This document shows, piece after piece, positions 1-10,329 of a stretch of DNA of 64,000 bases. The notes under the pieces are model-generated. The model made no database searches and was not told where the DNA came from. It saw only the letters and a program-made list of their open reading frames with translations. The translations under genes and the position numbers were made by a program. Every line of letters starts with the position of its first letter. Within the stretch, counting starts at the first letter, position 1. This DNA is from Octopus sinensis (taxonomy: Eukaryota), in contig NC_043006.1 of the NCBI RefSeq assembly GCF_006345805.1, forward strand, positions 86,800,001 through 86,864,000, in the 5' to 3' direction.

Positions 1-670
1 AGGAAGCATGATCTTTGAATGTTGGGCCACACAAAAGCAATGACAAGTGACCGAGACCTTTGGTGATATGCTGTGCTTGAGAAGATCTGGTAAGTCAAGT
101 GAGATTATAGTCATGGTCAATGCCAGTGTGAAGTAATTGGCTCATTAAAAGCACCCTTCAAATGTTGGGTGATTTTGGACATGCTGGTACGTGCATGAGG
201 CATAACTTTTAATAATTATTGTTTTGTATACCAAGTTGGGTGATATGCTGTGCTTGTGAAGACCTGCCAAGTGAAATCATAGGCATGGTTGATGGCAGTG
301 CTGTCTGACTGGCACCCATGCCGGTGACATGCAAAAAGCATCATTTGAGCATTGGGCCTCATGGAGTCAGTGACAGATGACTGAAACCTTTGGCAATATA
401 GCATGCTTGTGTTGACCTGTCAAGCCAAGTGAAACTATAGTTGTAGCTGATGCCGGTGTCAGATCAATGGCACCCGTGCCAGTGGCACATAAAAAATACC
501 CACTACATTCTCAGAGTGGTTGGCATTAGGAAGGGCATCCAACTGTAAAAACCTTGCCAAATCAGATCGGAACCTGGTGTAGCGTCCCAGCTTACCAGTT
601 TTCAGTCAAACCATCCAACCCATGCCACTATGGAAAACAGATGTTAAATAATGAAGATGATGATGATGAA
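1..670 (+). mobile_element. Non-autonomous retroposon (RTE-tail type) with diverged ~60-65 bp internal subrepeats
   Basis: 3' block ggttggcattaggaagggcatccaactgtaaaaacc...gatgttaaataatgaagatgatgatgat recurs at 8547-9328 (-), 19890-20460 (-), 29083-29490 (-) and 48330-48670 (+); (GAT)n tail. Confidence 0.7.
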
Positions 671-1154
671 GGTAGTTATATATGTACATTTAAACGTCTG
701 CAATCAATAATGTTGATAAATGTTTATGATGCATAAATGCATTAAAAATGATAATGAAATATACTTAAATTACAGAAAACTGTTTAACTCTAATTACAGA
801 CATTTACATACTTCAATATACTTTGCACTGAAAATGTGAGAACTTTTCAATATTTTTTAAGTGTTTATTTTAAAAAGTATGTTAGAAGAAACTGCAAAAG
901 TTAAGTGCAACAGAAGAGTGTCATAGATTTACATCGTGACATATATATATATAGTTTTATACATATTCATGTGTATATAAATAAGGATAAGATCGTTAAT
1001 TTAAATATTGATCTTATCAAGTGGCCAGCATGGGAATAAAAACCTTCAAAGGTAATAATTATTATTAAAATTATAATTTAGGGTATCTAAATGCTGAAAA
1101 TAGTAGTCAAAACCAGCAGTCATAATTTTAATATTCATATGTATATATAGATAA

Positions 1155-1700
1155 AATGATCAAGTTAGTCAGAGTGTGTGTGATAGGATTGTTAATCTAA
1201 GATTTGTATTTGATTATACAACAGTATAATCTCTGTTTATGCCCCACACGTTGGACTGACAGATGAACTGAAGGATCAATTCTGTAAGTCCCTTCTGCAG
1301 ATTACCTTAGTGACAGACAACAAAGATTTTATCGTTGTGGCTGATGATTTCAATGGACATGTTGGACAGTACTCGACTGGATCTCTTGTTGTACATGGAG
1401 GTTATAGCTTTAGTTCTAGAAATGAAGCAAGAACAAATCTGTTGGAGTACTGCAATGCTAATGACTTGTTGAATAGCAATAGAAACCTCAGAAAACCCAT
1501 CATCCACTCAATTACTTATGACTGGCTAAGCCAGACTGACTAGCGTCTCACCAGAAAATAGGATGGGTAGATACATGTGAATGCAAAGTCCTTTCATGGT
1601 GAACAATGTAGTTCCAATATGGGTTAGTTGTGACCTCAGAATTAGAGCTTGAAGGTCTTAAAAACACAAACCGATCTGGAAGTGGGAGCTCTTGAAGCTT
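1155..1700 (+). mobile_element. RTE-clade LINE, AP-endonuclease fragment (decayed)
   Basis: Motifs SVYAPHVG, ADDFNGHVG, HGGYSFSSRNE, LLEYCNANDL in and upstream of ORF 1310-1543; stops and frameshifts. Confidence 0.8.
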
Positions 1701-2354
1701 AGAGTTCTTTTAAACATCTATAATTATAGTAAAGAACTTTTGCTATAGAGTTAATATAAGCCTTGAAGTTAAAACAGCTTCATAAAACGTTATCTGAGAG
1801 CTGGATGAGAAGGCTGTGAATAACATCCAACACAGTAAATTCCATCCTCCAGTATATAAAGGCAATCATTGAGAGCTCATCTAGATACACACAATGGAAT
1901 ACTACCTGTACTAGATACTGGACTATGATTAGAAGCTGTAAGTAGTAAAATACAGTTCCACCAGTTTGCATTAAATGAAACCTATGACCATTAAGAAACT
2001 GATTCATGAGCATTCTGCTATGTAAGAGAAAATTAAGGTAAACAATCTATAAGGAGATCTAATAAGGATAATGAGAAATGTATCCATGTATCCTACATGT
2101 AACAGGTATGCAAATTTTAAAATATGCACAGGATTTTATCCATTGAACACATTTCTCCATGTATAGCCAACAAGAACAAATTAGAGTAGATAAAGCAGCA
2201 AAGAAAAATGTTTTAAACTATCATCAATAATAATGTGAAAGGAGTATACTACATATAATTGAAAAAATCCTGAAACACATACATAAGGAATAAAATTAAA
2301 CATGATAGGCCACAAATAGCACAAGAGCAGTAAGTTTACTGATGTAATGTTTGT

Positions 2355-3200
2355 CAGAAGAAATTTCAGGTGTGGTATCAAGGCTGGAATCTAAGGGTGT
2401 AATGGTTAATTTAGCAAAAATCAATGTCCTAGCAAGTAGGAAAACAGAGAAATCGCAAGTCCCAGAAAGAAGGTGACTCTGCTCGTGAGATATAAGAAGG
2501 GTACAGGTAGAAACTTCACATATTGTATGCAGTGCAAGCTTTTGATACATAAAAAGTGTAGCTGTATCACAGGAAAGTTAACAGAGAAAACAGTCTTTGT
2601 GTGTGGCAAATATGTGGGTACAATAAGCACTAAAAATGCACAGACAACAGACTCAAATGCTCGGGGAATCCTTAGAAGTAGTAGATAGCTTCTGTGACTT
2701 AGGTGCCCAGGTTAGCAGTGAAGGAGGAAGTTCTGAAAATGCATTTGCTAGAATAAGAACAGGATGGGCAAAGTTCAGAGAGCTTCTACTTTTGTTGGTA
2801 ACTAAGGGCCTCTCCCTCAGAGTGAAAGGCAGAACGTATGATGCCTGTGGACATACATGGCAGTGAAACATGAGCTATGGCTACAGAGGACTTGTGAAGG
2901 CTTGAAAGAAATGAATCTAGCATGCTCCACTGGGTGGGTAATGTCAATGTGCATATACAACAAAGTGTAAGTGGTTTAAGAGGAAAACTGAGTATAAGAA
3001 GTATCAGATGTTGTGTGCAAGAGAAAAGATCGAGCAGGTTTAATCAAGTGATGCATATGGATAAGGACAGCTGTGTAAAGAGGAGCCAAGCTTTAATTGT
3101 GAAGGGAGTGTGTGTAAGGGATAGACCCTGGAAGACATGGAACTAAGTGGTGTGAAAGGCTCTTCAGACACTGGGTCTCACTGAGGAAATGACAAATGGG
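2355..3200 (+). mobile_element. RTE-clade LINE, 3' fragment (RT C-terminus with Cys-rich insert)
   Basis: CMQCKLLIHKKCSCITGKL..FVCGK, LEVVDSFCDLG, ARIRTGWAKFREL, GRTYDAC; homologous to 47405-48245. Confidence 0.85.
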
Positions 3201-3204
3201 TATT

Positions 3205-5717
3205 GTTGAATCACGACCTCAACCATGGCTTCTTTATTAGCTTTTTTAAAGCTCCCTTAAAAGTGTCCACAAAATGTTCAGCCCTTCCATTTGATCTAGG
3301 GCAATGTGGTGCTATAGTTTTATGTTCTAATGTGAACATCTCACAGGATCTTTTAAATTCACAGGATACAAACAGTGAAACAATTATATCCGGTACATCA
3401 AATCTTGCAAACAGCTCATATAAGAAGTTTATTACCATATATGATGTTGGTCATTTACACCTCGCAACCTCAGGCCATTTTGTGTAGCTGTCCACAACTA
3501 TTAAGTAATAATATCCATTCACCAGGCCTGCAAAATCGATATGCAATCATGACCATGGTATTTTCACTTTCGGCCAAAGTTCATATTTTGTAGTAGGTAG
3601 TGTCACTGCCAGCACACATCCTATGCAGCCTTTTACCAGGTTTCCAACCTCCTTGTCCATGCTTAGCCAGTATATATGAAATTTCGTGTCAGCACTTTCA
3701 TTCCAGAGCTGCCTGGGTGTTTCACATGAAACTCTTTTAGCATTCTCTTCTGTAATGTTTGTGGTATGATCACCCTCTGAGCATATATTAGTACACCATC
3801 ACATATAGAGTACATGTTCACATCTTGGCAGTTCTTTGCATCAGACCTTTCTTTGTCAACCACAGTTTTCTTTTTGTCTCATTAATAAATTTGTCATTTC
3901 ATGCATTTATTTTTATTTCTTCCAAAGTTGTAGTTCATGCACAAAGTTCCACATCACATTTTTGGTTTCAGTTCATCAACATCATTCAATTGTTTTACTA
4001 CTCTGTTTATGCTTATTGGGCAAAGGGCTTATGGGTGTATTCCATAAGTTAAATTTCTCCATACATTCAGTGCCAAATAAATTCCTGGATCTTTTCAATA
4101 CATAAATATTCACTTTTTCGGTTCGACCTTTGAACAATATATTACAAATGCATTTGCCCATGAAATGTAATTTTCTTCCTGTAACACCATACACTATTTT
4201 CTTTGAACTACATAATTTTGCTTTACCCATTTGTTCTCATGTTTTCTTATTTATGATTGTGATATCACTTCCCATGTCTAATTGCATTCTGACACTAGTG
4301 TTTTCAATTCTCACATTCACAAATTTTCTGTTTGTAGTCACAACTTTTCCTGCTGACAAACTATTTATTTTTTTCTTGTTTGTTCAATTTTCTATCATTC
4401 TACTTTTGCAGTGCAAGTTTATGTACCTTGTAAACCCACAGTGAAAACACTTTGTTTTTTTATATGGGCAATCTTTTTTCAGGTGCATCCCAACACTTGC
4501 CATACACGGATCTACATTCCAATATTTTTTCTGTTTTTCCTGCAATACTTTGTCTTGCACTGGTCTTATTGGAAACACTCTTTCCATTGAATTTCTTCCG
4601 TGTCATGCCTTAATTTTAATATCCTTCCAACAGTTTCTACAATGTCAAATCTTGGTCCATTCCCAGTTTTGATAGAATTTTCATTCAGATTTCTGCATCC
4701 CTTTTATTTGTCAATCCTTGTGCAAAAATTAAATGCTTGAAAGAATCTGGAGTAAGTATGTCTAGCCTAAATCTTCACTCTTTTCTGTGTTTAAACATTT
4801 CCATCTACTATAAAACAGTGAGGTCATTTCACTAAACATTTTGTACAAAAATGTCAACTGTGTTGGTGAAATTTATGTCGGATACTTTTTTTGGCAATAT
4901 GAAGTTAATTATACTTCTCATGCTCTGCTGTCATTAGTTTTCTTAACACTAGGCACGTTTTCATATTGTTGGTCCAATTCTGACATTCTTTCCCAAAGAT
5001 TTGTTGAAATTTTTGAAAGAAAGCCTCAAAGGTTACATCTTCTTCAGGGTCATATTTGAATTCACTTATGGCATTTGCTACATGGTCAGGTGAAAATGTA
5101 TTCTCCGATTTGGTTATCAACTTCATTAGTTGTAACATTTGCTGCTGCAATCCTTGTTGTTCTCGTTGTTCCTTGAGTTGTTGTTGTTGCTGTTTTTGCA
5201 ACTCAACTATCCCAGCTAACAAGTCTTCCATATTTTATGATTTTTGTAAGTTTGCACAACAGTATTTTTGTTTCATTTTTGTTGAGGTATTTAATTTTCC
5301 ACGTGAATTAGTTTCAACTCTCCATGTGAAGGTTGTTTTCCACTCCGCATAAATTTGTTTTTCCTCATTGTCACTGCTGTAAAGCGGTCTTTTGCCACTG
5401 TTGTATATGTCTTTTGACAATGGTTGTCGCTCAGACAAATATTGTTATATTCCGAAGACATTGATAGAATTGTTCTATCTGGCATTCCCAGTCATACAGT
5501 GTTAGTATCCTTAAAAAGTTGGATCATTATAACATCTACTCAGTATCTCAGTATAATTACTATTTCAGCACAGATATGACTACCAACACTATCTACACAT
5601 ACTCTCAACCTTTCCTGATCTTCTGACCTTCTTTTGTTCACCAGCTACTGGTCTGTTCATAATGGCTGTCTACAACCACTTTTTACCATGAGGCATGTAC
5701 AGTTTCACTATACAACA
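3205..5717 (-). mobile_element. Ty3/Gypsy LTR retrotransposon remnant (LTR-gag-protease-integrase; RT/RNase H absent)
   Basis: Gag AISEFKYDPEEDVTFEAFF and CFHCG..H knuckles; protease-like QLDMGSDITII near 4255-4290; integrase HVKHPG and PHCPRSNGRAEHFVDTFK. Confidence 0.85.
5443..5717 (-). repeat. Putative 5' LTR of the Gypsy element
   Basis: On the minus strand begins TGTTGTATA and ends TATAACA (TG...CA with short terminal inverted repeat), directly upstream of the gag leader; no second LTR seen. Confidence 0.55.
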
Positions 5718-5951
5718 GCCCTTTACAAGCTGAAGTGCTATCCTTACATGGCCTCTCCAAAAACCTCATGCAGCATACTATATTCCTAATTTTGCAGTTT
5801 ACCAGTGAGACAGCTTTGCATAATCAGTATTTATTATTTATAACTACAATATAATATTCTTTTTGTGTTAAATGTGGGTTATGATTTCAGGGATATTGTT
5901 GACAGAAGTGAATTCACAAGTCATCATGGCTTGCAAATATAAACACATACT

Positions 5952-5956
<5 letters not shown>

Positions 5957-5990
<34 letters not shown>

Positions 5991-6084
5991 CATATATATT
6001 ATATATATATATATTATATACATATATATATATATATATATTATATACATATATATATATATATTATATATATATATATATATG

Positions 6085-6132
<48 letters not shown>
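5957..6132. repeat. (TA)n microsatellite
   Basis: Direct reading. Confidence 0.95.
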
Positions 6133-6134
<2 letters not shown>

Positions 6135-6136
6135 CA

Positions 6137-6529
6137 TGACGCATATTTGCCATTTCAATATGGCTACCCCTAAGGGTGGATGCTACTGTAGTTTTTAGCC
6201 CCAGGAGGACACACTCCTCCAGCTGGCCATAGACACACTTTCTGTGCCCTGTCAGTATTTGCAAAGGGAAGTCATCCTTCCCGTCTTCAACTTATGATAC
6301 ACACGGACTCGAGTTTCGAGGTATTGACCTCTCGTCAGCGTGTGACAATCATAGTTGTCGGCGAGAATTAGATTTCCTTCACAAATACTTATACTTTTTC
6401 CAGCGTCCACTGTCGCTGATATTGAAAAAGTGAAATCAAACAATGATAAATATCAAAGTGAGTTATATACAGTAGCGGTAACACATCGTGACGCATATTT
6501 GCCATTTCGATATGGCTACCCCTAAGGGT
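6137..6529 (-). mobile_element. Retrozyme/PLE-like non-coding unit, 352-bp period, ~1.1 monomers
   Basis: 41-bp direct repeat tgacgcatatttgccatttc(a/g)atatggctacccctaagggt at 6137-6177 and 6489-6529; contains HHR at 6300-6344; abuts (TA)n. Confidence 0.75.
6300..6344 (-). ncRNA. Type I hammerhead ribozyme, canonical core
   Basis: Minus strand CACACG-CUGACGA-GAGGU caau ACCUC-GAAA-CUCGAG-UC/CGUGUG: 6-bp stem I, 5-bp stem II, palindromic stem III ACUCGAGU, GUC triplet. Confidence 0.93.
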
Positions 6530-6534
6530 ATACA

Positions 6535-6752
6535 TCAGATCGCCATGTTGATTCGTTAGCTACTGCACGCATTTTTTTTCTCTCCTTCTTTCTGTGTTTT
6601 TCTCTCTCTGTGTATCTTTCTGTTGAAGAGCGTAGGCTCGAAACGTTAAAGACTTGTTTTATTTATATTTCCTGAGCGCCATACTAATACAATTGTTCGT
6701 TTGTTTTCCACCTGCCTTCGTCTTTTGTTTATTTTCATAAAGCTTCCCGTCA
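6535..6752 (+). mobile_element. Short PLE pseudo-LTR-like element with variant minimal HHR
   Basis: Homologous to 34228-34413 and to the 3' end of the GIY-YIG remnant at 45940-46045. Confidence 0.65.
6615..6652 (+). ncRNA. Minimal hammerhead-like motif with variant core
   Basis: UCUUU-CUGUUGA-A-GAGC guag GCUC-GAAA-CG-UU/AAAGA; stems I and II pair, stem III palindrome ACGU; core differs from CUGANGA. Confidence 0.6.
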
Positions 6753-6754
6753 TC

Positions 6755-6778
6755 ATATACATATATATTATATATATG

Positions 6779-6816
<38 letters not shown>

Positions 6817-6882
6817 ATTATAATATATACATATATATATATACATATATATATATTATATATATACATATATAATATATAC

Positions 6883-6913
<31 letters not shown>

Positions 6914-7065
6914 CATATATATATATTATATATATTACATAATATTATATATCATATATATATATATATTATATATATACAATATATATTATATTATACA
7001 TATATATATATTATATATATATACATATATATATATATTATTATATATATAATATATATATATAT

Positions 7066-7116
<51 letters not shown>

Positions 7117-7293
7117 TATATTATATACATATATATATATTCATATATATATATTATATATACATATATATATATATACATATATATATAATACATATAT
7201 ATATATATACTATATATATATATCATATACATATATATATATATACATATATATACATATATATTATATATATTACATTATATATATATATAC

Positions 7294-7340
<47 letters not shown>

Positions 7341-7463
7341 TATATACATATATATACATATATATATACATATATATACATATATATATAATATATATAT
7401 ACATATATATACATTATATATACATATATACACATATATATATATACACATATATATATATAC

Positions 7464-7516
<53 letters not shown>

Positions 7517-7521
7517 ACATA

Positions 7522-7552
<31 letters not shown>

Positions 7553-7562
7553 CATATATATA
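6755..7562. repeat. Long imperfect (TA)n/(TACATA)n microsatellite
   Basis: Direct reading; irregular indels suggest low consensus accuracy. Confidence 0.95.
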
Positions 7563-7882
7563 TGTAAAAGTTTTTAATTCTCATCTCACTAAATTTATCC
7601 AGCTATTGTGTATCTAGTACACTTTTCGCCTTGAATGTAATGATATATGTATAATATATGGCGTGTACTGGTACACCGGCGATTATAATTAATTTTATTG
7701 TATCGCATTATCTTTGTTTACATATTCTCTCGATAAATTTCTGACCGTTAGACGATTATACCACAATCCCCTATTTTGTCGGGTTTGTTCGGAGTCTGCG
7801 CAGTGTTTTGAATAGTTTAGAAAGAGCATTTCGATAGACGCACATGGATCTATTGGTATGGTCTTTCCATCATTAACAGGAA

Positions 7883-7953
7883 TCTACTGAGGAGCCAGCC
7901 TGAGTAAATAAATACTATTTTTATACTGAATTTGGCGAAACTGCAGTATAAGA
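7883..7953 (+). ncRNA. Type I hammerhead ribozyme, array copy 1
   Basis: UCUA-CUGAGGA-GCCA...UGGC-GAAA-CUGCAG-UA/UAAGA; one U missing in stem I relative to copy 2. Confidence 0.85.
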
Positions 7954-8282
7954 AAAGTTAAGTTTGTAAAAGTTTTTAATTCTCATCTCACTAAATTTAT
8001 CCAGCTATTGTGTATCTAGTACACTCTTCGCCTTGATGTAATGATATATGTATAATATATGGCGTGTACTGGTACACCGGCGATTATAATTAATTTTATT
8101 GTATCGCATTTATCTTTGTTTACATATTCTCTCGATAATTTCTGACCGTTAGACGATATACCACAATCCCCTATTTTGTCGGGTTTGTTCGGAGTCTGCG
8201 CAGTGTTTTGAATAGTTTAGAAAGAGCATTTCGATAGACGCACATGGATCTATTGGTATGGTCTTTCCATCATTAACAGGAA

Positions 8283-8355
8283 TCTTACTGAGGAGCCAGC
8301 CTGAGTAAATAAATACTATTTTTATTACTGAATTTGGCGAAACTGCAGTATAAGA
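8283..8355 (+). ncRNA. Type I hammerhead ribozyme, array copy 2
   Basis: UCUUA-CUGAGGA-GCCA[AU-rich extension]UGGC-GAAA-CUGCAG-UA/UAAGA; 5-bp stem I, palindromic stem III ACUGCAGU, GUA triplet at 8348-8350. Confidence 0.92.
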
Positions 8356-8546
8356 AAAGTTAAGTTTGTAAAAGTTTTTAATTCTCATCTCACTAAATTT
8401 ATCCAGCTATTGTGTATCTAGTACACTCTTCGCCTTGAATGTAATGATATATGTATAATATATGGCGTGTACTGGTACACCGGCGATTATAATTAATTTT
8501 ATTGTATCGCATTTATCTTTGTTTACATATATATATATGTATACAT

Positions 8547-9328
8547 ATCATCATCATCATCATCATCGTTTAACGTCCGCTTTCCATGCTAGCATGGGTT
8601 GGACGGTTCAACTGGGGTCTGGGAAGCCCGAAGGCTGCACCAGGCCAGTCAGATGTGGCAGTGTTTCTACAGCTGGATGCCCTTCCTAACGCCAACCACT
8701 CCGAGAGTGTAGTGGGTGATTTTATGTGCCACCGACACAGGTGCCAGACGAGGCTGGCAGACGGCCACGCTCGGATGGTGTTTTTTTATGTGCCACCGAC
8801 ACAGGTGCCAGACGAGGCTGGCAGACGGCCACGCTCGGATGGTGTTTTTTTATGTGCCACCGACACAGGTGCCAGACGAGGCTGGCAGACGGCCACGCTC
8901 GGATGGTGTTTTTTTATGTGCCACCAACACAGGTGCCAGACGAGGCTGGCAGACGGCCACGCTCGGATGGTGTTTTCTTATGTGTCACCGACACAGGTGC
9001 TAGACGAGGCTGGCGGACGGCCACGCTCGGATGGGTTTGTTACGTGCCCTCAGCACGGAGGCCAGTCATTGCGGTACTGGCTACGGTCACGTTCGGATGG
9101 TTTTCTTATGTGCCACCGGCACTGGTACCACAAGGATACAAATTCCATTGATGTTCATCTATTTTGATTTGGTTCGATTTGATTTGATACGATTCGATTC
9201 GATTCTCACTTGCCTCAACAGGTCTTCACAAGTGTCACAAGAAGGAAGGTATGCACAGGTGGACTGACTACGTCCCAGGTAGGGGCCATGGATTATGGCT
9301 TCACTAGTCTTGCCGGCCATTGCGCTCC
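8547..9328 (-). mobile_element. RTE-tail type retroposon with a 64-bp minisatellite (5 copies, ~8720-9040)
   Basis: Unit start atgtgcc/atgtgtc at 8724, 8788, 8852, 8916, 8980; (CAT)n tail at 8547-8567. Confidence 0.85.
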
Positions 9329-9335
9329 AAATATA

Positions 9336-9384
<49 letters not shown>

Positions 9385-9460
9385 ATATATATATAATTTA
9401 TGTAATATATATATATATATATATACAATATATATATATATACAATATATATATGTATAC

Positions 9461-9517
<57 letters not shown>

Positions 9518-9709
9518 GGCTTCTCTCAGTTTCCATCTACCAAATTCACTTACATAGCTTGAGTTAAAAAATGGATTTAGTAAAAGACACATGCCCAAAT
9601 TGCCATGCAGAGTGATTGAATGTGGTTCCTTGCTCTCATCACCATGCCTGCACCAAATGCATGGTTGAAAATCAAAATTGTCTTTTACAGTCAGAAAATA
9701 AAGTAATGC

Positions 9710-9935
9710 AACGAGCTGGCAGAAATGTTAGCACACCGGGCAAAATGCTTAGTGTTAGTTCATCTGCCGCTACGTTCTGAGTTCAAATTCCACCAAGGTT
9801 GACTTTGCTTTTCATCCTTTTGGGGTCGATTAAATAAGTACCAGTTATGCACTGGAGTTGATATAATCGACTTAATCCATTTGTTCTAGTTTGTCCCCTC
9901 TGTGAGTAGCCCCTTGTGGACAGTAAAGAAATAAG
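9710..9935 (+). mobile_element. SINE (family gagctggcagaa...ctgagttcaaattc...gcctttcatcc)
   Basis: tRNA-like B-box gagttcaaat; many copies in the window (42462-42690, 63435-63665, 39975-40385). Confidence 0.8.
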
Positions 9936-10089
9936 AAAATAAAGTAATGCAAGTGAAAGGTGTAAACTGCTTCAAACAACTAAAATATTTACTATAAAAT
10001 ACTAAATAACTAAATTAGATTGGTTACTGAATGGAAAATGATGAATAGTTTACTCTAAACATGACATTTCAACAAACAAGGCACCTCAG

Positions 10090-10329
10090 ATTCTGTTGTG
10101 TCTGGGGAGAGTCATTCTCTTTTAGTGCCTTATTATTTAACACACTCACCAGTAAAATTTCCACTTATTTCTTATTTTTATTTTCTAAAATTTTCGTTGC
10201 GTCTTGCAACCTTTTCAATAGTCTTAACTTTTAGAAAATAAAAATAAGAAATAAGTGGAAATTTTACCGGTGAGTGTGTTAAATAATAAGGCACTAAAAG
10301 AGAATGACTCTCCCCAGATACAACAGAAT
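10090..10329. repeat. Fold-back element: 101-bp inverted arms, 38-bp spacer
   Basis: 10090-10190 is the reverse complement of 10229-10329 with 2 mismatches. Confidence 0.95.

Larger units (their letters stand above)
7563..8530 (+). mobile_element. Tandem array of a 402-bp HHR-containing monomer (2.4 copies); non-LTR retrozyme-like
   Basis: Units start tgtaaaagtttttaattctc at 7563, 7965 and 8367; near-identical; TA repeats on both sides; no recognisable protein. Confidence 0.88.

Noticed and set aside
985-1132. Short hairpins beside a TA tract, possibly a PLE-terminal fragment
   Set aside because: No intact CUGANGA or GAAA core could be folded
7563-7965. Single-base indels between array monomers as biological variation
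   Set aside because: Mostly in homopolymers next to a noisy TA tract, so likely sequencing or consensus error
8149-8388. 79-aa minus-strand ORF in the 402-bp monomer
   Set aside because: No recognisable motif, antisense to the ribozyme, and not intact in the neighbouring copy
8586-9167. 193-aa repetitive ORF and its overlapping frames; superficial CRISPR-like periodicity
   Set aside because: Translation of a 64-bp minisatellite with no unique spacers and no cas genes, in eukaryotic DNA
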